A stretch of 63,052 bases of DNA, counting the filler, from Olpidium bornovanus S191 (Eukaryota; Fungi; Olpidiomycota), in assembly GCA_017911155.1 (NCBI GenBank). It is 31 parts of 31 records of this genome, joined end to end, with 100 filler letters (N's around TTAATTAATTAA, not from the genome) between each part and the next. Parts side by side here need not be neighbours in the genome. Positions count along the whole stretch, not along the records: positions 9,947 to 11,979 come from JAEFCI010009136.1; positions 12,080 to 13,330 come from JAEFCI010006816.1; positions 13,431 to 15,456 come from JAEFCI010004076.1; positions 15,557 to 17,784 come from JAEFCI010009730.1; positions 17,885 to 19,936 come from JAEFCI010001945.1; positions 20,037 to 21,849 come from JAEFCI010001799.1; positions 21,950 to 23,615 come from JAEFCI010010903.1; 24 more parts are not named here. One strand, given 5' to 3'. Made by a program: the position numbers and the translations under genes. The notes beneath the pieces were generated by a model, which was not told where the DNA came from, did not search any database, and saw only the letters and a program-made list of their open reading frames with translations. Of the stretch, positions 10,773 to 22,045 are shown piece by piece. Numbering within the stretch: position 1 is the first letter of the stretch; every line of letters begins with the position of its first letter.

Positions 10773-11877
10773 TTATGACATATCCGCCGGCTTGCCGGAT
10801 TTTAGTAGCTCCAAAAACGAGGCTTTGGACATGCTCGCGACTTAAATAAACACGCAATGAAATAATCCGGTGCACCACACGTCAACGCTCCGCGCCAGTT
10901 ACAACGGGAGAAACAATTTTAACCATCGTCCGCCCGGGAACCCACCTTTCTCCTTGGTAGCGGCGGACTTTCCCACCGTGTCCGGCATATCTGCCTTATG
11001 GTGCTCGTTTATAGCGTTAAAGAGCTTCACAACTTCGAGGAGATCCGAACAAGTGATAACGGTTGGAGTTGAACCAGGTTTCGGGGAAAAAGTTAATTCA
11101 GGGCCGGAAGAGGACGCAGACCACCAAGGGCGGAGAGGGGGCCGCTAAATCGCTAGGAGGTTTCGCCCCAAACCCGACGCAACCGGGGAAAACCCGACGC
11201 AACCGCGCAGGGCCGCAGGAGAAGAGCTTTTACGCACCTCCTCTCGCAGCGACCCTTTTGAGCCTGCTCTCGTAATCGAGCCGCGTTGAGTCAGGAAGGA
11301 CCCTGTCCTTGGAAGCCAACCTCTTTCGCTCGCTCGCGAGGGCTTTCCGTGCTTTGCTCTCAAGCTTTTCCTCCTCTATTCTTCGCTCGATACCGCGGGA
11401 CTTTGCCAGGATGGGAGCCTTCCTGTCTGCGACCTTGAGGGTACTGCCGAGGATTTTGGCCATCGAGGTCGCGAACGCCGCGGGAGAATCATCGTCGTCG
11501 TCGCCGTCGTCGTCGTCGTCGTCGACACTCGCGAACCCATCGTGGGAATCGTCGGAATCGTCGCCGGCGCTTGCGAAGGCCTCGGAAGAATCATCGCTGT
11601 CGGCAAGGACTCCGCCGGCGGGCGCCGCCGCCGCCGGTTCCCGCGCCGGGAGACGACCGGCGGGCGCCGCCGCCGCCGGTTCCCGCGCCGGGAGACGACC
11701 GGCGGACGTTCCGCGCGGCCGCTTTCGCTTCTCCCCGCACGCGCGCGCTCCTCGTTCGCCTTCGGCCGCGGTGGCGGCGTCGCGCTGTATCCGCCCGCGC
11801 CGCCGTTCCGCTCGCGCCGGGTCTGCACGCCGAGCGGTCGCCGCCGCCGCCGCGCCGTCCACCGCTTTGGCTGTCAT
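10773..11877 (-). CDS. RRP15: Ribosomal RNA-processing protein 15 (spliced)
   Basis: FATSMAKILGSTLKVADRKAPILAKSRGIERRIEEEKLESKARKAL...KDRVLPD...ESRLKRVAARG|VVKLFNAI...|SMSKASFLELLK; acidic N-terminal tract; ATG 11877, TAA 10773-10775. Contains a duplicated AGRLPAREPAAAAP segment. Confidence 0.88.
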
Positions 11878-12731
11878 GTGCGGCGACTTTCGCTTTCGCC
11901 GTGGAGGGAGGAGGGAGTCGGGGGCTGCGGGCAAGGGCGCGCCCCGAGGAGGAGGGGGGGGAGGGGGGGGGGGGGGGAGNNNNNNNNNNNNNNNNNNNNN
12001 NNNNNNNNNNNNNNNNNNNNNNNTTAATTAATTAANNNNNNNNNNNNNNNNNNNNNNNNNNNNNNNNNNNNNNNNNNNNCCCGAAGAACGCAACCACCTT
12101 CTCCTCGCGCTTTTCTTCTTCTCCCTCGGGCGGGCCACAGCCAACGGCATGCGGGTTGTTCTCGAACCGGACGGGCGTTTACAAATGAGCAAAGACGGTG
12201 AGACCATCGCAACTAGTTTCCGCACTGACAGTTTCCTTTACCAGCTGGATACAAGTACCATGCGACATCAACTCAGTGGTAATTAATGATAACAGGTCGT
12301 ACACTGTTAATCAAAACTTCGGGACGAGGATATTCCTATGCAACATCTTGTAACACTCCCTCCCTCAATCCATATGCAGGACGGAATTTTAAAATTCGCA
12401 TAATGTGGGTTGACTACTTGTTAGGGATCGTCGTCTTAGAGACACTCGACACTCGAATCGTGAGTCATTTTGAGCTTTAAAATGAACCACATATCTTGAA
12501 ACACATGCCCCTTAATGAGGTAATCGAAAATTGGCGAAGACAATTCATGTTGGCGAAGACTGTCAGCAGCGGGAAGCCAGGCACGTCGAGGTATTCCGCA
12601 GGCCCGATCTCGCTCACGACCTGTTGCATCAGAGGAGTTCTCACAATGGGCAAGCACGAGTTCAACGGAACAATGCTCGACAAGATCCCTGTCAGAATTC
12701 AGAATAGCCAATCACGTGACCACCCTTCGGC

Positions 12732-13330
12732 TGTTGTAACCGTGTAGTCGCAGTACTTCCTCTTATCCCCACTGCTCCGAATAAACCACAAAGGCTTCTC
12801 ACAGGTTATGAGCCCAAAGGACCGTTGCGCGCGCAAGGACTAACCACCGCCGCCATCGTCGCGCAAGGACCTCGCCGCACCGCTGCGTCCCGCCATCTCA
12901 GCGACACGCAGCACCGCCGTCACGCAACCGCCGCGCAACCGCCGCGCAATCACCGCCGCGCAACCGCCGCGCGCCATCGCCGCCTCCGCCGCGCAACCAC
13001 CGCCGCGCAACCGCAGCGCGCCATCACCGCCTCCGCCGCGCAACCGCTGCGCGCCATCGCCGCCTCCGCTGCGCAACCACCGCCGCGCAACCGCCGGGCG
13101 CCGTTGCCGCCATCGCCGCGCGCCTCCGCCGCGCCTCTCGACGCCACCGCCGCTGCACAACCGCCGCGCGCGGTTGGCGCCATCGCTGCGCGCCTCCACC
13201 GCGCCTCCACCGCTGCTTCCCGCCATCTCGGCGACACGCAGCACACCTCCAGGCGCCATCAAGAACTCTGAGAAGTTGTCTCCATCTCACCCCCGTTCTT
13301 CTTTACGAAGAGAACGGGGCAGCGGGCAAG
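12732..13330 (+). mobile_element. Copia-like element 5' end, copy 2: ~72-bp LTR (12732-12803), half-tRNAiMet PBS (12804-12817), GC-rich repetitive leader
   Basis: TGTTG...AATAAA...TCTCACA|GGTTATGAGCCCAA, then CCGCCGCGCAA-type repeats. The LTR 5' boundary is less certain than in copies 1 and 3. Confidence 0.7.
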
Positions 13331-13642
13331 NNNNNNNNNNNNNNNNNNNNNNNNNNNNNNNNNNNNNNNNNNNNTTAATTAATTAANNNNNNNNNNNNNN
13401 NNNNNNNNNNNNNNNNNNNNNNNNNNNNNNGAGAGAGAGAAGGCGCAGAAAGACAGATTTTTACGCACTTTTTGAAAAAAGACCGAGGGTGTTTGCGCAT
13501 AAAACCGTTTCTGCGCATGTGAAAGTTTGATTTTTTTTTTTTTTTTTTCCTGCTTTTCCCTTATTTTTTTTTTTTTTTTTTTTTTTCTTTCTCATGGTTT
13601 CCCAGTGTCACACTGGGTTGTTTGTGCCGTGTCCCCGCGTAG

Positions 13643-13675
<33 letters not shown>

Positions 13676-13806
13676 CTTCTTCCCTTTTTTTTTTTTTTTT
13701 TTTTTTGTTTTTTCCCCACCACCATCCCCCCCACCCTTTTCATCTTCCTTCGGCCACGCCCGCCGCCGTTTTCGCCGGCACTCTGCGCCCGCCGTTTGCG
13801 GGGAAA

Positions 13807-13808
<2 letters not shown>

Positions 13809-13862
<54 letters not shown>
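13809..13862. repeat. (AG)n microsatellite; others near 19512-19595, 29811-29877, 35806-35837
   Basis: Direct dinucleotide repeat. Confidence 0.9.
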
Positions 13863-13865
<3 letters not shown>

Positions 13866-14055
13866 AGAGAGAAAACAGAGCCGGAGACAGCGTCGGAGAC
13901 GGAGGTGCGGGAGAGTGACGCAGGCCGAGTCAGAGACACAGGCGGAGAGCGGGGAGGGAGACGGGAGTCCGGGAAGAGCGCGCGGCAGAGATAATATACA
14001 TTGACCGTCCGCGCCGAACACGACCCGGGCGTCGCCCCCCCGCCGCCCTTCGATT

Positions 14056-15476
14056 GTGGCGCGCGCGCACGCCAGCCAGGGCCCAGGGGAGGGGGATTGT
14101 ATTCTTTTTTTATTTTTTTTTTATTTTTTTCTTTCCCCGCCGTCGTTCGGTGGGAGAGGAGCCGGGCGGCTCCGACGCAGCTCTCACGGCATACCGCCCC
14201 CCGCTGCCGCCCGGGTTGACAAACGCTCGCCCCGTCCCCGGGCGAGTGCCGAAGGCCCGAGGGTCATGCCCGACGGCTTTATGTTACCGAGTCCGCCGGC
14301 CGCGGCACGCACCTCGGGCAGAGCGGAGCAGGAAGGGCCCGCCACTTCCCCCCCGGACGGCGGCCTCCGTCGACCGCCGCCGGGGTCCGCCAAGCCGACC
14401 GGCTTCAAGAATGTCGCAAACTGGCCGCCGCCGGTGGCGCTGCTTCCGCACCGGTCGCCTTTGTGGCAGCCGGAGCCGGCGACGTCTCACTGCGCCGAGG
14501 TCCCGTTCTCGACGACTTCGGCGCCGGGCGGTTCGCCTCGCGGGATCACCCGCGGCAACAACGCCGCCCGGCAGGCCAAATCGGCTGAAACGGGCGGCGC
14601 GGCGGCGCAGCTCTCCGTCGGGCCAAAGTCGGCCGGCGCGCCCATCGGGCGGAGGCGGAGCGACGTCGACTTGCTGTTGGAGCCGGCGGCGACGAGCGGC
14701 GCCTCCGCACCGGCGTCACCCTGCCCAGTGGCCGCGGGGCCGCCGCCCTCCGTCGCGAGGAGGCAGAGCGACGTCGGCTTCGCTTCGACGAGCCCACGCT
14801 CGGCGAGGTGGGCGACCCTCAAGGAGCAGTACGAGCACGCGGTCCACCGCCGGCGCCCCGGGCGGCACTGGCCGGACGGCAACGACCCGGCGCGAGATTG
14901 GCGCGTGGACGTCGCTTTCATGCAGGGGTGCCTGACGCACGGGCAGTACGAGTACGGGTGGGACGTGTTCGAGTCCGTCTCGCCGTGCTTGACGGCCAGG
15001 AAGGCGGGCGACCAGGAGCTCCTGCGCGAGCTGCCGCGGACGGCCGTCGTGCTGTGCCTCCGAGCCTTCTCGTTCTGCAGCCCCGTCCAGCGCTGGCTGT
15101 GGGAGGCCCGCGCGTGGGCCGTCTACAACGACGTCCGGAAGCTGACCCGGAAGGCCCTGGACGAGGCCCGCGCGTCCGCCGCCGAGCTCGGCGAGGACAG
15201 GTGGAAGGCGCTCCTGGCGCACTACGAACGGCAGGGCGGGCGCCCCCTCCGTGACCTGTCGGGCGGTGCGCCGGCGGAGAGCGGGGAAGCGCCCCTCCCG
15301 CGGCAGCGGAGCGCGACGCCGCCGCCGGCGGAGATCGGGGAAGCGCCCCGCCCGCGGCAGCGGAGCGCGACGCCGCCGCCGCCGCCGCCGGAGAGCGGGG
15401 AAGCGCCCCGCCCGCGGCAGCGGAGCGCGACGCCGCCGCCGCCGCCGCCGGAGAGCNNNNNNNNNNNNNNNNNNNN
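14056..15476 (+). CDS. Hypothetical protein with a helical domain and C-terminal Pro-rich tandem repeats (3'-partial; true start uncertain)
   Basis: Long GC3-biased ORF with an amphipathic helical block (RWATLKEQYEHAV...WDVFESV...WLWEARAWAVYNDVRKL) and 54/60-nt repeats encoding E[S/I]GEAPRPRQRSATPPP(PPP). No family recognised. Confidence 0.55.
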
Positions 15477-15556
15477 NNNNNNNNNNNNNNNNNNNNNNNN
15501 TTAATTAATTAANNNNNNNNNNNNNNNNNNNNNNNNNNNNNNNNNNNNNNNNNNNN

Positions 15557-17549
15557 CATGGGTAGCTACGTACACGTGAGGATTTTCGGGAGGAAGCTCA
15601 TCAGAATCGCGACAGCTGCCGGCGGCAGCACGCCCTGAATTACTCCCTTCGCAGCGCCGTTCCACGTTTTCAGCGGCTCTAGCTTTCACAAACGGCAGAA
15701 ATTCGTCAAAAAGGCGCCAGTTTAGCCTGTCATTTTGCCCTGAATCTTGCGCCAACTGCTTTGGAGAAGTGGTACTCACAAACGGTACATAATCAGCCAA
15801 CTTATCCAGCGAAGCTATCGAAGAGACGATGAAGGTGGGGATGGACCAGAATACCGCCAACGCCGCCGAGGCCGAAATGCCGATCAACCGGCGAATTCGA
15901 CGAATGCGCGCGTCGATGTTAAGGTTTGCGTAGACCACGTCGTCCGGGGACACGTCTACAACCCTCGGCGTGAAGGTCTCGGGATCGACGGATATGACTG
16001 ACTGCGCGGCGAGGTGTGCGGCGTACTGGTAACGGAAAGTGATGAACGCCGATTGGTGGGCGGCCGACAGATGGGCTCCGAAGAGCAGCTCCCGCTGCGT
16101 CTGCACGCGGTCCGCGAGGACTTGGTACTTCTGTCGGAAGTAGCTGATCGCGTCCACCCGCGCGGACTGGGTGGAGCAAAACGGCAGGAACCTGCGAATT
16201 CCGCCGGTGATGTGCTGCGGCCGTGGGAAGCTCACAGGGTCGATCCTCTGAAAATCCTGCATCTCGACAGTGTGGTGGTCTGTTTCTACCGCAGACTTCG
16301 GATGCCGCGCAGCTTGCGGTTTGTCGAGTTGGCTCGCCAAGGTTCGGGCGGCGCCGTCCGTTTCTGCCACAGATTTCGAAAGCTGCGCAGCTTGCGCTTT
16401 GCCGCGCTGGCCCGCCAAGATCCGGTTGGCGTCGGCGATGTAATGCGTCTCCAGCCTCTCAAGCTTTGTCAGGCATGTATCCCGCTGCTTCACGAGCCCG
16501 GGGAGGCCGCCCACGTCCTGGTACACGGACACCGTTACCACTCCTCCGGGGAAAAGGGAAAAGATGTCCTTGAGCTTTTCCGGAGACGCGCTATTCCTCG
16601 GGACGTTGTGCACAAGAACAGTGCGGGAGCCCACGTCGGCCAGATGTTCCGGCGACGTCAACACCTGGTACCTTAGCTGGAGAAAACTGCGCAACTCACG
16701 TATGATCAGAGTAATTGTGCCGGCTGGTAACAGCGTCAGTATAGTAAAGAGGACCAATTCGTCATTTGAGCAGCTCCTGACTTCCCAGTTGCCGATGCTT
16801 ACCGGCAAAGCAGGCGCTCATAAAAAGGTGAGCACTGGCGTAGGTGGAAAAGAAGGTTGAGTGATGCTTCGGACAATTTTTGCAGAGAAACAAGGGCGCG
16901 AAACGATACGCACATCAGCCGTCTGTCACCGTCAAGCACGTTACCCACGGTCAAGCGGTTCATGCTGTAGCCGACGGCCAAACCGTCAGCACTTATGGCG
17001 TTGATCGGCACGAGCACCGGGACAGCAAAGACGGACGCGGAAGCGAACAGCACAAAGCCGATCCGCAGGAATCTCAAGAAAGTGTACGCATCCAGGCCCA
17101 CTCTGCTGACGATGGTCTCCTGGTCGAGGATAAGTAACGGGCGGATCCAGCCGAAATACGAGTTGGGGAGCGGGTCAGACCGGGCCTTGCCTTCGACCAG
17201 GAACGTCCGGGGGCTGTATATGGTCCTGAACAGAGGACTACAGCGCGCCGAGGCAATAGCGCCCACGAAGTCAAAAAAGGGAGGAAGCATTGGATTGCAA
17301 AGGGGGGGGAAAGGAGTCAGCGCTCGTTGGGCACAGCTTCGCGGAAACCGCATAGGGGCGGGACGGCCCGCATTTCCGCCACCCCAAACCACCACGCCCT
17401 TCCGAGGCAAAAACCTACTCTTTCCGGAGGTAGCAGAAGGCGAGGAACAGGCCGATAAAGATGCTTGCGTTGAACGTGACGGACGAAACAAACTTTTCGA
17501 CTGAGGTATCGTTGGCGCCAGCAGGCGCTTCACCGGTCGCGTCGGACAT
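15557..17549 (-). CDS. CSC1/OSCA/TMEM63 (DUF221, RSN1/PHM7-like) stress-gated cation channel (3'-partial, spliced)
   Basis: MSDATGEAPAGANDTSVEKFVSSVTFNASIFIGLFLAF; IYSPRTFLV...YFGWIRPLL...RVGLDAYTFLRFLR; RTVLVHNVP; SAFITFRYQYAAHLAAQ; PDDVVYANL; FWSIPTFIVSSIASL. Confidence 0.9.
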
Positions 17550-17884
17550 CCCGACCGCTTGCACGTCTTTTTTCTCGAGAGCTCAAGACGCGCGCCAACT
17601 TCCGCGGATCGCTCGGGGCGGGGGGTCGCGCCTGCTGAGCGTACGCGGGAGGCGCCTCGCGGATTTTCGCGAACACACAAACTTCTCACGGCGGGGATAA
17701 AAGTGCGGAGAGGGCGGACGGGGAAGCGAGCGGGAAGAGGACCGGGCGATGAAGGCAACGACAAGCGGGGGGGGGGGGGGGGGGNNNNNNNNNNNNNNNN
17801 NNNNNNNNNNNNNNNNNNNNNNNNNNNNTTAATTAATTAANNNNNNNNNNNNNNNNNNNNNNNNNNNNNNNNNNNNNNNNNNNN

Positions 17885-19194
17885 GGAGAGAAGATATAAA
17901 GAAAAAAAAATTCCCCTTACTGCGCGGCTGCGGGTCTCCGTCGTAATCTTCGAAGTTCTCGTTTCCTGACGCCCCGAAGCCCTGGCCGCGCTTGACGGTC
18001 ATGTCGTTGATCACGGTCGTCCCGGCCGGGCTCTCGTTGTAAACCATCGTGCCGTAAGGTTCCTCCCGGCTTTCGGCCGGCCCGTCTCCGCCGCCGCCGC
18101 CGCCGCCGCCTCCGCGATCCTGAGCGTCGAGGCCGACCCCCCCCCACTGACGTCGCACGGTGCCGCCGCTGCCGCCAACGCCGCCGCCTTCCTCCCCGTC
18201 GTCTCCCTCCGCACCGGGCACGCCCCGCGCCGCGCCGTCGGCCGGCGGTTTTCTCGCGAAGGCGGCGCTGGACCGGATCGTGTTCGCGTTCGCCCGCTCC
18301 TGATCCTGAGCGACGGTTTCGCGCGCGTAACGCGAGAAGAACGCCCCCCGCCCCCGCCCCCGCCCCCCGCGCGAGCCCGCCGACCCCCCGTTTTAGCAAG
18401 CCGCGGCTGCGCGAGGCACACATTTTTTTTTTTTTCTCCTTATTCCCCCCCCCCCTTTGTTCCCGCCCGTCGGAAACGCCGCGTACCGCTTCCGCTTCAT
18501 CCTCGGTATCATCGTCGCTGGCCTCTTCCCAGCCTTTTCCCAGCTGGCCGAGGCTTATCAGATTCAGCGCCTCAGCCACTCGGTCTCGCATCACGGCGTT
18601 GGTAGGCCGGTTAGCTATGAACGGGTCCTGGGGGAGAAGTTTTTTTTTTTTTTTTTTGGTTTCCGACCGAAGGGGGCCGGTTTTGTTTTCAGATCGCAAA
18701 AACCGCCGAAACGGGCGGGGCGCCTTTTCCATTCGGACGGCCCCCGGCGGGGAGCTTCCGTTCGGTTCCCCGCCCGCGCACAAAATACCCTGCGCCGAAC
18801 GGGGTTTTCCCTTTCCCGCCCGTTTACCATCATGAGCTCGTCGGCCGTGGGCCGCTTGTCGGGATCCTTCGTCAGACCCCGGGCCAAGAAGCCGACGAAC
18901 TCCGGGCTCCACCGGCTCTCGTCCGCCAGCTTGGGCGGCGGCCGGGTCGGTATCATGAAGATGGCCCGCATGGGGTGGATGTTGTGGTACGGCGGCCGCC
19001 CCTCGGCCATCTCGATGGCGGGGATGCCCAGCGACCAGATGTCCGCCTTGGTGCCGTACCCGACCTCCTGGATTACCTCCGGCGCCATCCAGAACGGCGT
19101 CCCGATCACCGTGTTCCGCTTCGCCACCGCGTCCGTGAGCTGTCCCGCGACGCCGAAATCGGCTGGGGACGGGGCGAGAAAAAGGGGGGAGAAA

Positions 19195-19226
<32 letters not shown>

Positions 19227-19504
19227 TACGTAAGGTGTTTAGCTTTATAAACGCTGTCGACAGCGAAAAAACCAAACTCCGCGGCCCCTCATCAAGCCGC
19301 CCCGAGTACCTAATTTGGCATCTCCGTCGGTGTTCAAAAGGATGTTCCTGAAAAAAACCGGGGGGTTTTTTTGTGTGGACGTGATCACCTTTTTTGTGAG
19401 CGACGGGGAGAGTGGGGAAGGCGGGAGGGCCCTGGGTGGTGGCAAAAAAAAAAAAAAAAAAAACAAAAGAAAAAGCGTCGCGGGAAGCTTTTCGCCGTGC
19501 CACG

Positions 19505-19561
<57 letters not shown>

Positions 19562-19801
19562 AGAGGGAGAGAAAGAGAGAGAGAGAGAGAGAGAGACAGA
19601 AAGAGAGAGGCTACAAACACACGCACACACACTCACTCACCCCGCCTTGATATCACGATGGATCTTCCTGGATCTGTGAAGATACTGCAGCCCGGCCAGG
19701 GCGTGGTAACAAGTGAGGGCGATCTGGGGCTCGGTCATCGTGCACTGGCATAATCTCATCACGTCCGACACCGAGCCTGCGGCGCAGTACTCCATGACAA
19801 T
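17885..19801 (-). CDS. STE20/GCK-II serine/threonine kinase, MST1/2 (Hippo)-like, internal fragment (spliced)
   Basis: IVMEYCAAGSVSD...HRDIKAG|NILL...|ADFGVAGQLTDAVAKRNTVIGTPFWMAPEVIQEVGY...AIEMAEGRPPYHNIHPMRAIFMIPTRPPP, followed by an acidic linker with GTV/GTMV motifs as in MST1/2. Confidence 0.9.
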
Positions 19802-20036
19802 CTGCGAGGAGTCGACAGCAGGGAGGAAAAAAAAACAAAAAAAAAAAAACGGAATGTGCGGAAAGTCCTGTCAAGAGAGGAAAAACAAGCAAACAAACAA
19901 AAAAAAAAAAGAAAAAACAGGCCGCGATAAAGAAAANNNNNNNNNNNNNNNNNNNNNNNNNNNNNNNNNNNNNNNNNNNNTTAATTAATTAANNNNNNNN
20001 NNNNNNNNNNNNNNNNNNNNNNNNNNNNNNNNNNNN

Positions 20037-21260
20037 CATGCTTTGAGGGCCCAACTGCAAGCGCAGAAAAAGAGCGTCGAACTGGGAATCCGAGTACCTG
20101 ATGGGCCCGTCCCAAAAGGTCGGGACCTGCCTGTTCGACTCCTTCGACTTTACGTCCACTGACGCAGCCGCCTTGCCGAAGGCGTCTATCTCCCTTTCCC
20201 ACCTCGCCTTCTTGCGTGCTGAACTCGTGGCAGCAGCGTCCTCCTCCACCACTTCCTTGACGCCCGTCCGCTGGTGGCCGTTTCCCTTCGCCACGTTCTC
20301 CCCATCAGGCTCTTGGTCAGTTCCTACACGCCTTGTATGTTGTTTTGATGTGCTGTCTCCGTCGCCCTCTGATGCTTCGCTTTCCCCCGCATACTTGCGC
20401 TTCTTAGACAGATTTTGAATATTTGGACAGTACTGGCACTCACAATTAGCGCTGTCGTGTGCGACATCTGCAAGTGGAACAATTCAAAGTCGACGGTTTG
20501 AGTGCTTCACGAGCAATGGGGGAAAAGCTGTTGAACAAAGTGAGAGTGGAAAGCACGGTCGGGAAACAGGAACAGGAACGTAGGGCCAACCCGACCACTG
20601 GCCGCCCATGCCACAACCGTTTTCTTCCAACAAGGGAAGATTGGCGAAGACGAAGCACAGGGCTCCAAAATGGAAAGGTCACAAAAAGCGACTGACCATT
20701 TGCCAACCACTGAAGGTGTGGCACGAACTCGTTCGGAGACCGAAACTTTTTTCCGTTGGGCAATCCTGGTGGGACCGCGTCCGCCGGCAACAAACAAACA
20801 CACGAACGCCGTGATAGAAATTTCCGCCAGCTGTTAACATGCGGATCGCGCCCACCTGAAACGCGGCAGACCCTCACCGGACCCGCGCGTGACTGCCCAA
20901 AACCGTGCCTGCATGGAACAGTGGAGGTTCGCAAGTGCGCTTCCTACCGAATAGGTACGCGTCCGACCGCCCCGGTTTCACGTGGCTGAAAAGTTGGTAC
21001 CCCGCCGGCAGCCGCGACAGCCTCGCGACGGCCTTGCCGCCGGCGAACAGAGTTCCGCACTTTGTCAGCCAGTTCAGCAGCTGCGGGTCGTCCGGGCCCA
21101 ACTGGCGGAAATAAGTGTTCCCGAGATTCGCAGCTTCCTCCTCGGACGCGCCGGCCTTGAGAGTGGGGGTTGGCCAGACCTCCTCTCCCACACCGTCCGA
21201 GAACTCCGGCGGGTCGATAGCCGAGACGGCCTCGTCCTTCTCGCGCTCGGAAGCCGTCAT
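20037..21260 (-). CDS. Protein with a cryptic loci regulator 2 (Clr2) N-terminal domain (3'-partial, spliced)
   Basis: YFRQLGPDDPQLLNWLTKCGTLF...LSRLPAGYQLFSHVKPGRSDAYLFG|LPNGKKFRSPNEFVPHLQWLANG|...NCECQYC matches the LP.GY.L..H...D.YL.GHP....FRSP.EF.PHL.WL...C.C..C motif. Confidence 0.75.
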
Positions 21261-21973
21261 GGCGTGTTCCGCAGTTACGCGCAGTCCGAGTTGGTCAGTC
21301 GGGCGGGCGGCGAATCTTGTTCCGGTGCAGCGGGTGAGTTGTCAAAGCTGCCAGCCGGGAAGGCGGCGGATTATTGGTCACGCATAATTTTGACGGCGCA
21401 CGGCCGCACACGCGGGCGACAGAGGAAGCGAAAAAGCGAGACACGGCGGACGTTCCCCGCGCCCCCATTCCGTTCAGGTTGCCGGCGACAACTCGTGGCG
21501 CGCCCTGACCGCTGGCCGCACCACCGGCCCCGGGCCATGTACGACACACGCGAGGCACAAGCCAGCATATCAAGCGGGACAGGAGGAGGCGCGGGCGGGT
21601 ACTTTTTTTTTTTTTTTTTTTTTTTTCACCCGGGCCCATCCTCCATCCCTCTGACGCGGACGAGGGACATCAGACGCAGTCTCATTTGTTCCTGGTTCGT
21701 AGTACGGAATACAAAAGGGTCTCTCTCGCATGAATGGAATCGAGTTACCAGGAGGACAGAAAAAAGAGAAAGAACATAAAAAGTATTTGCGACAAAGTGC
21801 GTGTGCGGCGCGTGAACTCTTAATTGGATGGGATCACAACGACGCCGCGNNNNNNNNNNNNNNNNNNNNNNNNNNNNNNNNNNNNNNNNNNNNTTAATTA
21901 ATTAANNNNNNNNNNNNNNNNNNNNNNNNNNNNNNNNNNNNNNNNNNNNAAAAAAACGCGGCCCGCCCCCCCG

Positions 21974-22008
21974 TCAAAAATTCAAAACAGCGGGGGGGCA
22001 AAATGGGG

Positions 22009-22045
<37 letters not shown>

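Noticed and set aside
19018-19024. Thr-to-Pro change in kinase helix F (GIPAIEM for GITAIEM)
   Set aside because: A single A-to-C change inside a C-run in an error-prone assembly; likely a base-calling error until reads are checked.
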